A DNA stretch of 63,651 nt, filler included, from Rhabdomonas costata (lineage: Eukaryota), in NCBI GenBank assembly GCA_019059605.1. It is 47 parts of 47 records of this genome, joined end to end, with 100 filler letters (N's around TTAATTAATTAA, not from the genome) between each part and the next. Parts side by side here need not be neighbours in the genome. Positions count along the whole stretch, not along the records: positions 1 to 1,257 come from JAHMHO010021657.1; positions 1,358 to 2,614 come from JAHMHO010021658.1; positions 2,715 to 3,971 come from JAHMHO010021659.1; positions 4,072 to 5,329 come from JAHMHO010021660.1; positions 5,430 to 6,677 come from JAHMHO010021661.1; positions 6,778 to 8,034 come from JAHMHO010021662.1; positions 8,135 to 9,391 come from JAHMHO010021663.1; positions 9,492 to 10,748 come from JAHMHO010021664.1; 39 more parts are not named here. One strand, written 5' to 3'. Made by a program: the position numbers and the translations under genes. The notes beneath the pieces are model-generated. The model saw only the letters and a list, made by a program, of their open reading frames with translations. It made no database searches and was not told where the DNA came from. The number at the start of each line of letters is the position of its first letter. The stretch's first letter is position 1. This document shows positions 1 through 12,274 of this stretch, piece after piece.

Positions 1-619
1 AGCTGCAAGCGGAGATGTAGGAGACACCGTGCGAGTGTGAACCTCACTAAATCTGTTTGCAGCTACAAACATCCTGCAAGCCCTAACGTCGGCATGGCAT
101 AGTGCCAACTCCATGATCAAAAGAGATCAGAGAGTGAATAATCGCTAGGATGTAGTAGTTTGGGGGTGCCCGCCAAAGGAATTGCTGAGCAAAAATCCGA
201 AAAAGAACGATTCGAAAAGATTCAGGATTCATAATTCCAATGCGTTTCATTGTGGAATTTCATGAAGGGGATGGGAAGGGCTCCGAAGCGTTTGGTACTT
301 CGGAGCGCTACACACATACAGCACACACCTCACAAACCTCCATACAACTCGGTTCTTTCTGGCCCAAAACAAAACGTTACACCACATACCATGCTCATCA
401 CGCTTGCAAGCCCTCGGGAGTTGAAGGTTAGAAGGTCAGACACAAAACGAGGAGGAGGCAACTTACCACTCAAGACGACAGTTTCCCCCGTATAGACGGT
501 CAACCGCAGAACTGAAGCAGATTAAGAAGAAAGTCTTTTTAAGGACCCGTGCACAACCCATCTGAGTCTTTTAAAATAGGCGTGGAAGGACGAGAGGATG
601 GAGAACGGTAGGGACGCAC

Positions 620-801
620 GTGGTGCTAGCGAAAAGCTCCACCCCAGAAGCTTCCAAGCACCGGGCAAGCTCAGCCACGGTGACGTTCCCCGACTGCCCC
701 ACCCCCGGGGCGGGCGGGGATCCCGAGGGGAGCGGGAAGTTGAAGATCACCAGCGGGGGCACAAACAGCAGCAGCGCAACACCCACCACGTGGAGCGGGA
801 T
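620..801 (-). CDS. Exon of a membrane-anchored thioredoxin/glutaredoxin-like protein (resembles the Trx domain fused to VKOR/DsbB-type proteins)
   Basis: gggcag|ATC...ACC AC|gtgcgt gives IPLHVVGVALLLFVPPLVIFNF (TM)...AELARCLEASGVELFAST. This resembles LAxxLxxxGxxxYGAxWC. The next acceptor (cttgcag|CT) lies at the very start of the contig. The CxxC itself is not in view. Confidence 0.4.
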
Positions 802-1257
802 CTGCCCATTTATGGAAATGAAGTAGGATGATGTGGGGGATGGAATGAAGGAGGATGGTATGTGGCACTGATTTTGGGGAATCGGGGTGGCACCCATACA
901 GTTCGAGACGCCGTGCGCAAAAGGAAAGGTGCAAAATAACGCACCGCCATGTATTTTGAAGGCCACCAAGCAAAAAGTAGTAGCTGAGGATTAGCCCCTT
1001 GCAGGACTTCAATGAAGTAAATAAATGAATCGCATGTTCAATCAAAACCAGTGGCTAACTGTTATCACTCCCCCAAGTTCAAAAGCAGCTAAGACTGTAC
1101 ACCCAATACAGGACCTCCGCAATTGGCAACGGGTCCATTGTGGACATGGAAATTTGTCTGGATGTTGAAGAACGGCAGAAAATAGCAGAGAGGAAAACGG
1201 ATACCCGGGGATACTCGGGGATACTCGTCTCTGCTATTTTCTGCCGTTCTTCAACAC

Positions 1258-1357
1258 NNNNNNNNNNNNNNNNNNNNNNNNNNNNNNNNNNNNNNNNNNN
1301 NTTAATTAATTAANNNNNNNNNNNNNNNNNNNNNNNNNNNNNNNNNNNNNNNNNNNN
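1258..1357. other. Artificial contig linker (first of 46; last at 62296-62395)
   Basis: 44 N + TTAATTAATTAA (stops in all six frames) + 44 N, recurring about every 1357 nt. ORFs running into it (ending XXX-LIN) are artefacts. Confidence 0.99.
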
Positions 1358-1378
1358 GTGTTTGTGTGGGCTCAAAAC

Positions 1379-1535
1379 CGTGGGGTGATGCGTGACTCAA
1401 GAGCTCGACGATCTTGAGTGTGGCAAGGGCTACGCTCACTGAGGACGAGAACAGCACTGCGGGGGCGCGTATCATGGCCGCAGAGAGTGCGAAGGGAAAG
1501 CTCAGCAGCAGGCACACCACAACTGCGCACACTCC
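1379..1535 (-). CDS. Exon of a hydrophobic membrane protein (possibly MBOAT/wax-synthase-like N-terminus)
   Basis: ttttgcag|GGA...CAC G|gttttg gives GVCAVVVCLLLSFPFALSAAMIRAPAVLFSSSVSVALATLKIVELLSHASPH. The family call is weak. Confidence 0.35.
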
Positions 1536-4500
1536 CTGCAAAAGGCATCACCCCCCACCCTCCACACAAAGACACACACACTCTCTCTCTTCATTAGAAG
1601 CAGCAGGATACCACCATTCTGTGCAGAATGCTTCTTGGACAGGTTCACTGAAGTTGACTTTTTGGGGGCGAAAACCAGAAAACCGGCGCAGCCGGAGCAA
1701 AGAGGTGTGTTGGGTCAGTTACAGTCACGCAAGCGGACATTCCCCGATCGGAACGCAAACGATCCTCAAAAGCCCCCACTCCCCAGACACCGTTTACAAG
1801 TAGAGCCAATTACATTTGACTGGAACGGCATGACGGGGAGTGCTGCACTTTTCATCACGGGACTTTTTCTCTCGAAAAGAGGAAGAGAGGAATTCTTTCA
1901 CCAATTCGCATTCGCTGTCACCTTTTTTGTCTTGGGTTCTCGAAGAGGGGAGTTTCGTCCCAGCGGGGTTTGGTTCTCCAAACATTTTTCTGCCTATCAT
2001 CAGTTCATCATTTGAACGCCAACGCGAGTCACGTGGCGCAGTACATTTATCTCCAATTTTGAATTTTTGCAGTCCCAAAGTTTGGACTTGGGCTGCACTT
2101 TTCTGCACAATGTCAACCCTTTTTGCGTTGACCCGAAATCCAGCTGCGCGTTCCAAAAGGCAAAATACGCAGCTCAATATTACACTGGTCTTTTGTGAAC
2201 AAAGGCATACATGGTACACTGGCTTGTGCTTGGGGTTGTCAAACAACTTTCGGGCCACAATCACCAAGCAACCCCCGGCAACTACCACTGCAAACGTTGC
2301 AGGTTCCACCAAGATCTCAGCCCAAAAATCCTTCGGTGAACGCCCCGCTGCAAGTTCAAGCATTTCTGAACAAAAACTGCCCCTTGAAAGCGGAAAGCAG
2401 ATGAAAAAGTCAAATTCATTCCAACGTGACAAGGAAACGACAGCCGATGATTTACAACTCCAACAGTGTCAACCCATATCTCACGTTTCGCTGCGCGAGT
2501 GACCGGCAACCAGGCAGTTCTCTTTCTTGAGGGAAACAGGAAGGCCACCTGAGGACCCATCCACGCAACGCAATTTAGCGCCCTTTAGCGCCGCTTGAAC
2601 CATTAACAAAAAAANNNNNNNNNNNNNNNNNNNNNNNNNNNNNNNNNNNNNNNNNNNNTTAATTAATTAANNNNNNNNNNNNNNNNNNNNNNNNNNNNNN
2701 NNNNNNNNNNNNNNTGTTTTTTGGCATTGCTTCCGTGCATTCATGATGGCTGTTTTCAATGACGCTGCTCTTGTTCTTCTGTGCCCGGTAGGTTTAGGCA
2801 GTGCACTCTCACCAAAAACCCAACGCAATCTCTCTGTCTCTGTCTCTCTGTCTTTGTCTCTCTCTGTATTTGCGGGTGCCTCACTCGCGGCTGCCACCGG
2901 AAAGACTTTGCTCACGAAAAACCCGCGCACATGATTGATAAAAATATCGGTCTCATCCGCCAAGAAAAACCCATGGACATGGGTTTCGATGCCGCTCCAT
3001 TTTTCAAACACTTGGGATTGTGAGCTGCATTTGCTGTATGCGGCCTGTCTCGGACCAACCAGCCAACGTTCCAGAAATGAAAACAAGCGCGGTACAGGGA
3101 ACTATTCCAGCGATGTTTTGTGCCACGAGCATTGGGCTTTTAATGCTTTTTGAAAAAACGTTATGCTGCGATTGGCAGCATAACAAGCGAATCTGCCTAA
3201 ATGAAGACCAGTAGGCCTCTGAGATGTGCTGCTGATCCCGGAAACCAGCAAGAGGTCTGCGCGGCAAAACAGTGCAATTGCTGGCCGCCAAATTCCCGAC
3301 AAAATGGGCGGGGTCAATTGTGATAACGTGGCTTTAGAAGATATTTGCCACCATGGTGCCATATTATCGGTGCACGTTAGATGGTTATTAGCCGCGGGGC
3401 ACGTGGGAAAGGCGCTTTGTGGGTGTACCGCAAGTGGGTGTGGGTAAAAATTTGTTTTATATAGAAGTAACCGCCTGCCGGTCATTATGCCGTGCGGCGG
3501 TGTGGCTCTCACGCTGGGTGTTTTTGGCTACCACACCTCGACTTGGCTTCTTCTGAATCGCAGCTCCGGTTTTTTGTTTTTTTCTGGGTGGAGATTGGCG
3601 CAATTCACGCGCCGCTGATTGCTGATAGCAGCGTTGAAGCCGACAAGGGCAAGCACGACTTTCATCTCTTCAACATTCGCTCATTAGAAACAGTGGATCC
3701 GTCTCTTCCCGGTGGATCGGGTTGGTACTTGGAGTCACATTTTGTGCCACATCTCGAACTCTAATTGGTCCTCCTCCGAAACAGATTCGGAGTCCCTCTT
3801 AGTGGACAGAGATTTTCAGCCGCATTACCAGCCACAACAGCGCACGTGGCGAGAGTGGAAGGAGGGCGGCTAAAGCGGTGTCTAGTTTGCAAACCACTTC
3901 TCATGATGTGTCTGTTGATGTGCTAGATGTATGAACCGGAATAAACCAACCAACCAACCACACCCACCACANNNNNNNNNNNNNNNNNNNNNNNNNNNNN
4001 NNNNNNNNNNNNNNNTTAATTAATTAANNNNNNNNNNNNNNNNNNNNNNNNNNNNNNNNNNNNNNNNNNNNGGTTGTTTTGTCTGCATCATCTTTCCAGC
4101 GGAACGCTCACAGGCAGCACCGTAACCTCAGCACAGCCCTTTAACTTGCGTCTGCACCAGCCTAAGTCCCTGTGCAGTGCACTTGCACTTAAAAGCAGTG
4201 AACCTCAGTGAACCAATGAACCAAAAACGCGGTAGTTGACCACCAAAACCAAAACTGCAAGACACTCGCAGCCTGGCATCAGTCAACCCGCAGATCCAGG
4301 GCTGAAACGTCAACTGAAAAGATCACCCACATAACCCACATAATGCTTCGTCAGGAAATTTATTGGTTCCAACACTGTTCTACTGTATCCTCGTTCCACG
4401 GTATTGAAGATGAAATAAACGTCAAGCGCACCACAAGCTTCCAGTCCCAGTGAGTCCTCATAATGTGGTTGAATCCATTAGCTCTTTCCTGAACTGAAAA

Positions 4501-5085
4501 CGACGAGTCCATTGGGTCCATGGTGACAGTGTTCATGGTGATGGTGGTGGAAGTGCTTCCAGAAGAAAAGGGTGACCCAGCGCCCAATCTTTCAGGTGCT
4601 GCAGCCGTGGGTGACGGCAGTGGCTCTTCAAGCCGAGCTTGCACCTGGTATACCTATGAATGAACAGGGAATCAGTGGAACCCTCACCGCCATTTAAACG
4701 CAACAACGGCGTTTTCCTGCTTAGAAACTTAGTGGGCTCCCTGGATTCGAATGCCACCCCACATTCCCAAGTAGAGGCGATACGGGGTGTCTCGGTGTTG
4801 AACCCGCGACTTTCAAAGTTACGTGCAGGTTTGTTTCGCTAAAAAAGTCCCTCTTTGTTTTTGTATGTGCGTGAAACATGAAGAAATCATAGAAAAGAAC
4901 ACTCAATGTGGTGCTGGGAGGCCACACGAATTCACGCCACCAAAAACTGGAATTGAGCAATGAAGACACACCAGATGCAGCCTCATAGCCAGAAGAAAAG
5001 CTTCCATGTCCGAACCGTATTCTGCCCACATTTTCTGACGATCGAAGCACAACGCACCGCCGAAGAGACCAATTCCTATAAAGCA

Positions 5086-5250
5086 AGAGACAGAGACAGA
5101 GACAGAGACAGAGACAGAGACAGAGACAGAGACAGAGACAGAGACAGAGACAGAGACAGAGACAGAGACAGAGACAGAGACAGAGACAGAGACAGAGACA
5201 GAGACAGAGACAGAGACAGAGACAGAGACAGAGACAGAGACAGAGACAGA
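5086..5250. repeat. (AGAGAC)n hexanucleotide microsatellite, ~27 copies
   Basis: Perfect array seen directly; it explains the RD/LC/SL repeat ORFs. Confidence 0.97.
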
Positions 5251-5429
5251 TGCTTTTCACCTTCCAAAGAGGACAAGGTTTCTATTCGCACGCGAAGCGG
5301 CATGCCCTATGAACGCTGAACACAAAAAANNNNNNNNNNNNNNNNNNNNNNNNNNNNNNNNNNNNNNNNNNNNTTAATTAATTAANNNNNNNNNNNNNNN
5401 NNNNNNNNNNNNNNNNNNNNNNNNNNNNN

Positions 5430-6296
5430 GGTGGGTACACGATCGAGATCTCCAAGGGGAGCGAGAGCAGGGCGCTCTGCACCACGTTCACCAGGAAGGC
5501 GAAGTCAGTCATGACCTGCAAAGCAAGGGTTTTGTGAAAGGCCGCGACTTCATCGTTGTCTTGCACCCACTTCAACTGACGTGCATGGCCGGCAGAGATC
5601 AGCATTCTTACCATTTGACGCCGGGATGAATCACTGCCTGCTGACCCACACGTGTAAATGAAGAACACCATTGCACCAATCGCGTCGCGCTGCGTTCCGA
5701 GCAACAGGCCAACCATCGGGATTTCACGAGCCTGGAAACACATTTTCCAGGAGGAGAGAAGTCCTGCTCCACAGACGTCCCCTCGCTCTCTCTTCCCCTC
5801 TTGCATTCGCCCTTCCCATGCATCGCCGCCGCCCTTGCCTTCGCTGTAGTACTCGGCGTGGTGGATGAACGTGGGCTGGTGGTGTGGTTGCCTCGCCGCA
5901 AGATTTTCGCGTGGGGGGCCAGGATGAAGATGAAAAGCAGCAAGAAGGGGAAACAGAAAAAACAATCCTGCATAACGGCAAAAGGAAGATTTCGTGAGTG
6001 GACAGTGGTGCGCATCTGTCCATGAGTTGTACCAGCAGTAACGGAGACCCCTCCCCGGAGGCACGGACCTCGCTGGAGGACTCGAAAGAAGAGTCGCGTA
6101 GCACGGCCTCCAGGGTGGGCAGCCCGAGGTGGAGCACCGCGGCGACGGGGTGGGTCAGGGAGCGGGCCGGGCTGTCGTAGAGCCGCAGCGGGAGGCTGGC
6201 CAGCATCACGACGTGGCGATTCTGCATCTCCGGCTGCCGTTCGATGTCTACACGACACCGGTTGGCCATCAGGATGGCCTTGTAGAACAGCCGCAC
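5430..6296 (-). CDS. Multi-exon protein fragment, possibly the start of a degenerate class III cyclase-like domain (exons 6296-6033 and 5515-5430)
   Basis: atag|GTG...CTG|gtacaa is exactly 88 codons, and tttgcag|GTC opens the last exon. Coding-like GC3. HVVMLASLPLRL...AAVLHLGLPTLE...VMTDFAFLVNVVQSAL loosely follows the helix-LLP, beta1 and alpha2 pattern of cyclases. Confidence 0.4.
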
Positions 6297-8363
6297 CTAT
6301 TTGTGTCCCACGTGGATGCACACGACCGCCCGACGCGCTCAGGTTCGTCCGGGGGGGGGGGGGCGAAAAACGTGGTTGTCAGGAAAATATATAAACAAAA
6401 CACGGAAAAAGCGTTTTCAAAAAGTTTTCATTCAGAAAGGTGATGCAGTAGGAATCGACCTTCAGCATCCGGTGACATGGATTTGACCTCAGTGATCGAA
6501 TTGGGGGTGGGGGGCAGGGCTCGCGCATACACCCTGAGGACAACGAAACCAAAGTCCCCGGGCAAGTTCCTTTCCTTGAGCACCTCTCTTCGAAAGTAAT
6601 CCCCCACTCCATTTTCATCACACAGCTACACCTCAAGCCCAAAGGAAGAAATGGTAGCAGGGATCTCCAGGGCAGGCNNNNNNNNNNNNNNNNNNNNNNN
6701 NNNNNNNNNNNNNNNNNNNNNTTAATTAATTAANNNNNNNNNNNNNNNNNNNNNNNNNNNNNNNNNNNNNNNNNNNNGTGTGGTAGGAGGTCATCCCGCT
6801 GGGGCCGCTGGAGCGACGGAAGAAGGCAGCCACCACAGAGAAGGTAGTGGGGAGACCAAAGACGAAGAGTGGCGAAGCGTGCGGGCTAACTGAGGTCTTC
6901 GGGGGCACTGCCACCACAAGCACAAGGGACCTCTTCCCCGACAGGCGCCTGTGTCCCTGTCTTCCGGTTTTGAAATGGCGCTCAAGTCACACGGTCTTTA
7001 CTGGCGGGGGACCACAGGAGCTGATCAATGCCCCATACTCTGGTCACCCTTATGTGAGGCAAGCGAATCAAACTACTCATTTTCCCAGAGTAATCGCTGC
7101 CTCAGGGCCACTCCCAAACCGCATGCCCCCTTTCTTGACACCACGTTAGTCCGAGTCCAATGAATAACAACGGCCCACAAACACCCTATTTAGATGGATG
7201 AGGTCTCTCAGGTGGTCCAACCTGCCTTATCTCTGCACTGTTCCAAAACGGCGCCATTTGATGGTCTCATAGGTGTGTGGGGTACTCAGCATTTACGTAT
7301 ATAAAGTCGTCGGTTTGCAAAGAGGGGAACAGAGATTTAGCTTAGGAGGTCATCGACGGGGCATTGCGGGAGTGCGGGACCGACACTATATCTAACTTTT
7401 GAGAGGACCCCAAAACCACACAAAAAGGGGCTTAAGGGTAGACCTCGCGTCATGGTGTATGGTGTAGCAGCACAGTTTATCGAGGTGTACGGGTGTTCTT
7501 GCACATGTTTGATGTCACCTCAGAAATCACAACCGAAAAAAAGTGCGCCCTAAGCAAGGCACGTTTCGGATTTTTAACCTAACAAGGGGACTAGATTTGA
7601 CATTGAGGTGTGTTTGCTTCCCTGGAGCCTGTTCTTTGCGCCTCTACTCCTACCTCTAACTGTCGACCTCCGCCGAATATACTGCCCACCTAGGCCCGCG
7701 TTACAGCAAGCAAGAGGTGAGGTACCATAAAGAACTGAAAACATCTGCATCTGAGAAACCACCATTTTCCACCCCACCCCCTTTTTCTTTTGCCAAAAAC
7801 GCCCGACTGTTGAATTCATTTTCTCGGCAGTGTCTTGTTGATGTGACCCGACCGATAATTTCTACTGAAGGGAGACGGGGAAAGGGGGGATCACATGAGG
7901 TGGCAGTGCCCGTGGGTGGTTGCTGTGGTGTTGCCCTGGTTTTGTTTTGAGGGGAGGGAATGATCGCTCAGGCTGAAGTAGAGTCCGAGGAGGGAATCGA
8001 GAAGGTCGGGTCACATCAACAAGACACCACCACCNNNNNNNNNNNNNNNNNNNNNNNNNNNNNNNNNNNNNNNNNNNNTTAATTAATTAANNNNNNNNNN
8101 NNNNNNNNNNNNNNNNNNNNNNNNNNNNNNNNNNGGGGGGTAGTTGGTAATTGCTGCAGGCTCGAAGAGAATGGTCTGTAAGCTTCAGCATATTGAGGAT
8201 GAAGTTGGGCCAGCCTGCTGACTATCACCACGAGACCTTGTGATCCTTTCAGAGATGGGTTTGCCACTATCGAAAAAGGAACGAGAGTGTGGGTGAGGGT
8301 TCGGGGGATAGGGAAAAAAGGACACAGCGGCTTCTTCTGTTTTCATTGGGGGTTTGGGGACAG

Positions 8364-9358
8364 ATTGTCTTGGGGGGCTGCGTGGATACGGCGCATCAGC
8401 CGATGGCGCTGCTTCTGCTCGCGTTGTGCCCGGAGCAGCTGTCCTACGTTCATGTCGGGCAGCTCACCCACCAAGCAGAGCGAATGCAGGTTGCGGAACC
8501 CACATGCCGCTAACACCCGGCCTCCGTGGCAGCTATGCCTCATTTCCCTAATTGAGTGTTTCCCTCCCCCACTCAGACTTGTCAGTCACCTGGAGGTATC
8601 TGGAACAGCTGCATTGGCAGGGGGAGGGGATCGTGAACGTTAAAGCCGTTTTTTAATTTGTCGTGGGGGGGAGGGGCAGATCAAGTTCTGCGCCTTAGCA
8701 GGGAGCTGAGGGGGAAGAGGAACGTCCCAGTATTGGGACAGACCACAAATTCGCGCACAACCTGACACGGTTAGGTGTTGAACGATGGCTTGTTTTTGGT
8801 AGCAGGGTACAAGGCAAGGTCAATTTTCTACCAGGGGGGTGAGGTACGCAATATCCCTGGACCGCGTTTTAGTTTAAGGTTGGATAAATTATGCTTGTTG
8901 AGTGGTGATGTTAAATTTTTAGTACCGTTAAACCTTCAGCACAGTCCATTGCTTAGCACCACCCAACCCCGCCAAAAACATTCCAGCTTCCCATGGTATT
9001 ATTCAGTACTGCTTGCGAGCGTAGACTCACACATTGTGGATGCAGACAATTCTTACTGGGTTTGAGTTTTCTGCCCTCGCCCCAATCGCCCCTGCTGTTT
9101 TCTGGGACCCTGTTGACTCCAGGTGTACGGCTTCAACCCTTTGCTCTGGTTGACCCATACGTCTCCCGTCGCTGGTGGTCTTCGCAGTCATGAAGGATTT
9201 TGTAGGAGTGTGGAAGCCAGTGGCTGATGGTCTTGCACTCCGCCCGCCGTCCCCCCATTATACCCACCAACGCACCACAGAGCCTGCTGGAGGAGCACTT
9301 CGGGGTGAAGTTCTCGACGACCAGGCAGCGCCGCAAGGACCTCCCCTCAACTATGCTG
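8364..9358 (+). CDS. RCL1: RNA 3'-terminal phosphate cyclase-like protein, C-terminal exons 8364-8489 and 9281-9358
   Basis: Spliced IVLGGCVDTAHQPMALLLLALCPEQLSYVHVGQLTHQAERMQ|SLLEEHFGVKF matches the Rcl1 motif GGCVDSxxQxLxLLLMxL...S.V.LGxL...FxxxF. GT-AG, phase 0. Confidence 0.82.
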
Positions 9359-10163
9359 GTGGGCTGTGTGGGAGCGAACCTACCCCAAAAANNNNNNNNN
9401 NNNNNNNNNNNNNNNNNNNNNNNNNNNNNNNNNNNTTAATTAATTAANNNNNNNNNNNNNNNNNNNNNNNNNNNNNNNNNNNNNNNNNNNNTTGTTCACA
9501 AATCAGATTTAGTTTGGGCTTTGCGTTGCGTAACGGTTGGCTGAATTTGCTTTTTTTTTCTTGCTCACCAAAGTTTTCATGGCTGTGTCTTGCTGTGTTT
9601 ATTTGTGCACAGCGCTTTTTTGTGCCGCTGCTTTTTGCTGTTGTTTTTGTCTCGTGGTTTCATGTGAAAGGCTGCTCGCATGCCTCCTCCGCATACTCAG
9701 GTCCAACACGCGTGTTACATGCACGTACTACTCCGCATGAAGACGATGGACTTTTCTGGGTTACGGGCGCGCCCAGTCCTCCTGGATTTTTCGGCTCTCC
9801 AATAATGGCGTTACTTCTTGTAAAGCATGGAAACCTGCTTGCATTGTCACCGCAAAGGTTCAGCGGAAATGTTCGGTTGCTTTTTTTCTTGGCGGTGGTG
9901 CCAAAGGAATGTTGTCAACCTCTCCGCTGGTCGTTTCCAATCCAATGTCGCTTCGTAATTGTGTCACTCGTTCAAACGGGTGTCACGGGTGACGCGCGCC
10001 AATCACTGGCAAGTTTATCAAAAGATCCTTCTGATTGAAGGACGTTTCCTGCGTTTTGATTTGAAAGTTGTTGCGTAAAACGTTGTCAGGGTCATGGCTT
10101 AGAATATTGCCAAGATGTCTCGAGGGGGGGGGTGCCTTTGCGAACATCGTTTTCGCTCTCCAG

Positions 10164-10350
10164 TCTGTCGCCCAGAGTGGCATGTCAGGCGCGGGGGCCT
10201 CCTCCCCTGCCGCGTCGGGGAGTACCCATCATCCTGTGGACGCAATGTCCCTCCCCAGTGCCTCGTCCTACAGCACCCCAACAAGGCGCATTCGGGAGCC
10301 TCGGCTGCCTCAGTGGGAGAAGACCTTCCGCACCGTGCAGCAGCGCTACA
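10164..10350 (+). CDS. Probable exon, hypothetical protein
   Basis: Pyrimidine tract + cag, then an open GC-rich frame ...RRIREPRLPQWEKTFRTVQQRYK|gtgcc. No family recognised. Confidence 0.35.
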
Positions 10351-10995
10351 AGTGCCACGGGCTGTCCCCCCACAGCCCACACAATGGTCCTGCCTTGCCC
10401 TCCCGATCCTTCTAACTGTCTGAGTTTGACTCCTGCAATCTGACCAGCATTGGAATTTTCCACAAGCTCTGAGAAGTGCCGGAAAACTGAAGGCCAGACC
10501 CCCCTTCGGCGCCTGCGTGCCGTGCTGGTTGACTTAACCCTGTGGAGTCCCATCGGCCCAGCCCTACTGCTTGAAAGCACACATTCTGTGAGCACCCCTG
10601 TGGTGGTTATTGTGATAAGGGATCCCTGGGGCTAACGGACGGGGTTTTTTGTGGACTAATGGCTGCGCGGCGAACAAATTAACCCTTACTGTTGTATCGG
10701 CTCAGTTTTGGCATCTACTGCTGAGAGGTTCGGAACGGAAAACAAAAANNNNNNNNNNNNNNNNNNNNNNNNNNNNNNNNNNNNNNNNNNNNTTAATTAA
10801 TTAANNNNNNNNNNNNNNNNNNNNNNNNNNNNNNNNNNNNNNNNNNNNGGGTTGTTTGAGGTATAGGGGTAGATTGCTGTGGAGGAACCACTTAACTTCA
10901 CATTAGCGATAGGTCAACTCCTGACTTCTCCATTCGAATTGTCCAAATGCAGGCTTTCCGTTCTAATTTTGTACTACTTCTATGTGGCGAAAGAG

Positions 10996-11064
10996 AAATA
11001 GTAGAAATAGAAAATAGTAGAAAATAGTAGAAATAGTAGAAATAGTAGAAATAGAGAAATAGAG
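10996..11064. repeat. Imperfect (TAGAAATAG)n tandem repeat
   Basis: gaaatagtagaaatagaaaatagtagaaaatagtagaaatagtagaaatagtagaaatagagaaataga. Confidence 0.85.
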
Positions 11065-11319
11065 ACATGTGGCGAAATCTGCTAATACGAATACAATATC
11101 ACAAAATACCGTTTCACTTTAAATTCTGGCCCCCATGGGAGTATCGCGACTGAGTGATGCAAACGAACCGATTAGCCGGTAATTCACTGAAGCGGATGGA
11201 GAAATGATCACCTAACGTCCCTTCTCATTCCCACCAACGGGACCAACCACCGCATCGAAGCCACAGAACAGGTAAGAAGAAGGCAAACAGAGAAGACGGA
11301 GGGAAGGGCATCTTCTCAC

Positions 11320-11743
11320 CAGCCCAATTTCCATGGCCAGCGCCACGGGGAACAACAGCAGAAACTTCACCGGAAGCTCCCCGGTGACCAGGTATAGTAC
11401 AAGGGGGACAAACAGATGCTGCAAAGGGCACAATGATAGAAGCGAAAAAAGTTAACCTCGAAGATCAAGCTTCAAGGACCTCGTCATCTCAACCCATACT
11501 ACACCTTCCAGAATTGGCTCACAAACCTGGTTGTGCTTTCAGGTAATCAGCAGTTTGTGAACATGGGCGGTAACAATTGGGAGCCCTCTGCATTGCGGGG
11601 TCCGATGGCAGGTCTGATTGTCGCTGTTCCAACGATTTCAGCTCTCCTCTCATTGCTGTTGCTGCAACTGCACAGGCTCCCGTTGGAGCCACTGGTGCTG
11701 CTGGCTGCGCGGCTGGAGCTGCTGCCACGACTTCTTTTGACAT
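11320..11743 (-). CDS. Hypothetical protein, probable first exons (11743-11527 and ~11419-11320)
   Basis: MSKEVVAAAPAAQPAAPVAPTG...YLKAQP ends at G|gtttgt. A phase-compatible exon follows: tttgcag|CA...G|gtgaga. Confidence 0.4.
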
Positions 11744-11777
11744 TCATTTGAGTTGCTCTTTCTGATGCCTTCGGTCC

Positions 11778-11842
11778 GCACTTGCACTTGCACTTGCACT
11801 TGCACTTGCACTTGCACTTGCACTTGCACTTGCACTTGCACT
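11778..11842. repeat. (GCACTT)n hexanucleotide microsatellite, ~11 copies
   Basis: Seen directly; it explains the CK and VQ repeat ORFs. Confidence 0.95.
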
Positions 11843-12274
11843 GTCGGCGTCCAAGGGCTTCTGTTTCATTTGTCGCCTTGGTCCCCGTCTCTTTCTTGAT
11901 CCCATGACCGGGCTCTTCTCTCGGCTCTGCTGCTGTTCTTTTTCTGCGGCGGTTGCTCCTTCGTCTCACTCAAGAACGCAAGGCAAAGAACAAAAGGGGA
12001 GGTCTGTAGTAGAAACAAAACCTGCACATGACAACATTGTAGAAAAGTCAAACGTACGGCCGATTTCTCTCCCCGGTCCACAAACAACCCAAACACACCC
12101 ACCACNNNNNNNNNNNNNNNNNNNNNNNNNNNNNNNNNNNNNNNNNNNNTTAATTAATTAANNNNNNNNNNNNNNNNNNNNNNNNNNNNNNNNNNNNNNN
12201 NNNNNGGGTGTTGGGAATGTGCAAACCCCCAAACACCCAAGCGCAAAGGAAGAGATGGTGGGGCAACCAAATAC

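Noticed and set aside
1794-2502. Overlapping 212-aa and 220-aa ORFs on opposite strands
   Set aside because: No recognisable motif, codon bias or splice framework; probably chance.
4721-5319. RD-, LC- and SL-repeat proteins
   Set aside because: Translations of the (AGAGAC)n microsatellite. The same applies to the CK/VQ ORFs near 11800 and the poly-Ser ORF near 27150.
6525-6565. Hammerhead-like CTGAGGA-CAAC-GAAAC-CAAA-GTC
   Set aside because: Core nucleotides are present, but stem II cannot pair (C/C) and the stem I flanks are not complementary.
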